DNA from: a virus
Length of the DNA stretch: 64,000 nt
Virus record (IMG/VR): IMGVR_UViG_3300045988_117149
Direction: 5' to 3' (one strand)
The notes under the pieces were generated by a model that saw only the letters and a program-made list of their open reading frames with translations, had not been told where the DNA came from and searched no databases. Below are positions 63,751-64,000 of the stretch, piece after piece. The position numbers and the translations under genes are program-made. The first letter of the stretch is position 1, and every line of letters starts with the position of its first letter.

Positions 63751-63780
63751 AAGTTCCCAGACTGATTAGCCCGGGAACTT
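63751..63780 (-). terminator. hairpin after the partial right-edge gene
   Basis: AAGTTCCC...GGGAACTT, an 8-bp stem, with a following TTTTAT on the - strand, 15 nt after the stop at 63795. Confidence 0.5.
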
Positions 63781-63794
63781 AGGTTAATAAAGGG

Positions 63795-64000
63795 TTATGC
63801 AACTTGTTCGGGTTTGAGAACCTTTTTACGAAAGTCCTCATATGCCTTAGCAGCAGCCTTGAACTCTTTGGAGTTTTGGTCTTTGATACGAGCCATGGCA
63901 AGTTCCAATCGATGAAGTTCGTTTCGAGTTTGTTGTCTCCATTTCTTCCGAGCAAGAGTGTCAACTACATCCTCGGGATATACGTATTTTACTTCCCGAT
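63795..64000 (-). CDS. hypothetical protein, C-terminal part only (gene enters from the right edge)
   Basis: Open from the window edge to the TAA at 63797-63795: ...REVKYVYPEDVVDTLARKKWRQQTRNELHRLELAMARIKDQNSKEFKAAAKAYEDFRKKVLKPEQVA. More protein-like than the track ORF 63779-63964 in another frame. Confidence 0.5.
   Translation of the reverse strand, partial: REVKYVYPEDVVDTLARKKWRQQTRNELHRLELAMARIKDQNSKEFKAAAKAYEDFRKKVLKPEQVA

Noticed and set aside
63779-63964. 61-aa track ORF at the right edge
   Set aside because: A different frame on the same strand is open from the window edge to 63795 and encodes a more typical charged, helical sequence. The track ORF is probably the wrong frame.
1-64000. 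Looked for a diversity-generating retroelement, invertase/shufflon, integrase or repressor as alternative sources of receptor-binding variation or lysogeny
   Set aside because: No ORF shows reverse-transcriptase (YxDD), serine/tyrosine recombinase or CI-like motifs, and no template/variable repeat pair was seen near the fibre or BACON genes. Such genes could still lie outside this window.

Overview
This window is a contiguous piece of a tailed dsDNA phage genome with a contractile tail and a Mu/P2-like gene order (sheath, tube, chaperone, tape measure, baseplate). No integrase or other lysogeny gene is recognisable. The host is probably a member of the Bacteroidota: nine sites match the Bacteroides sigma-A -7 box TAnnTTTG (several also have TTTG or TTGC 19 nt upstream), there are no Shine-Dalgarno sequences, GC content is low, and BACON-like Ig domains recur. 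Layout: 1-6.7 kb is a replication module on the - strand (SF2 helicase, ferritin-like protein, primase, free-standing HNH endonuclease, DnaB-like helicase). 6.8-7.4 kb holds a single + strand gene, a possible regulator. 7.6-46.9 kb is about 39 kb of unbroken - strand late genes: collar-domain fibre, baseplate, tape measure, chaperone with a -1 frameshift, tube, sheath, connectors, a Cys-triplet protein, a BACON-repeat protein, a 2056-aa fibre, capsid module, portal, TerL, an OMP-like protein, a C5-methyltransferase and a muramidase. 47.0-48.4 kb is a + strand cassette of small membrane proteins. 48.4-51.0 kb holds three tandem BACON-like paralogs, two of which are interrupted at their 5' ends by the only long G/C homopolymers I noticed. 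51.1-52.2 kb is a + strand, G-rich and C-poor triplet of duplicated genes. 52.3-64 kb is an early region of small - strand ORFs arranged as promoter-gene-terminator cassettes; it includes a very AT-rich two-gene island and about 1.3 kb of repeat-dense non-coding DNA. Functional calls rest on motifs read by eye and on synteny, because no database search was possible. The strongest candidates for something new are the paired homopolymer switches on the BACON paralogs, the palindrome and iteron-like field at 53.4-55.2 kb, and the codon-optimised Cys-triplet / glycine-zipper protein.
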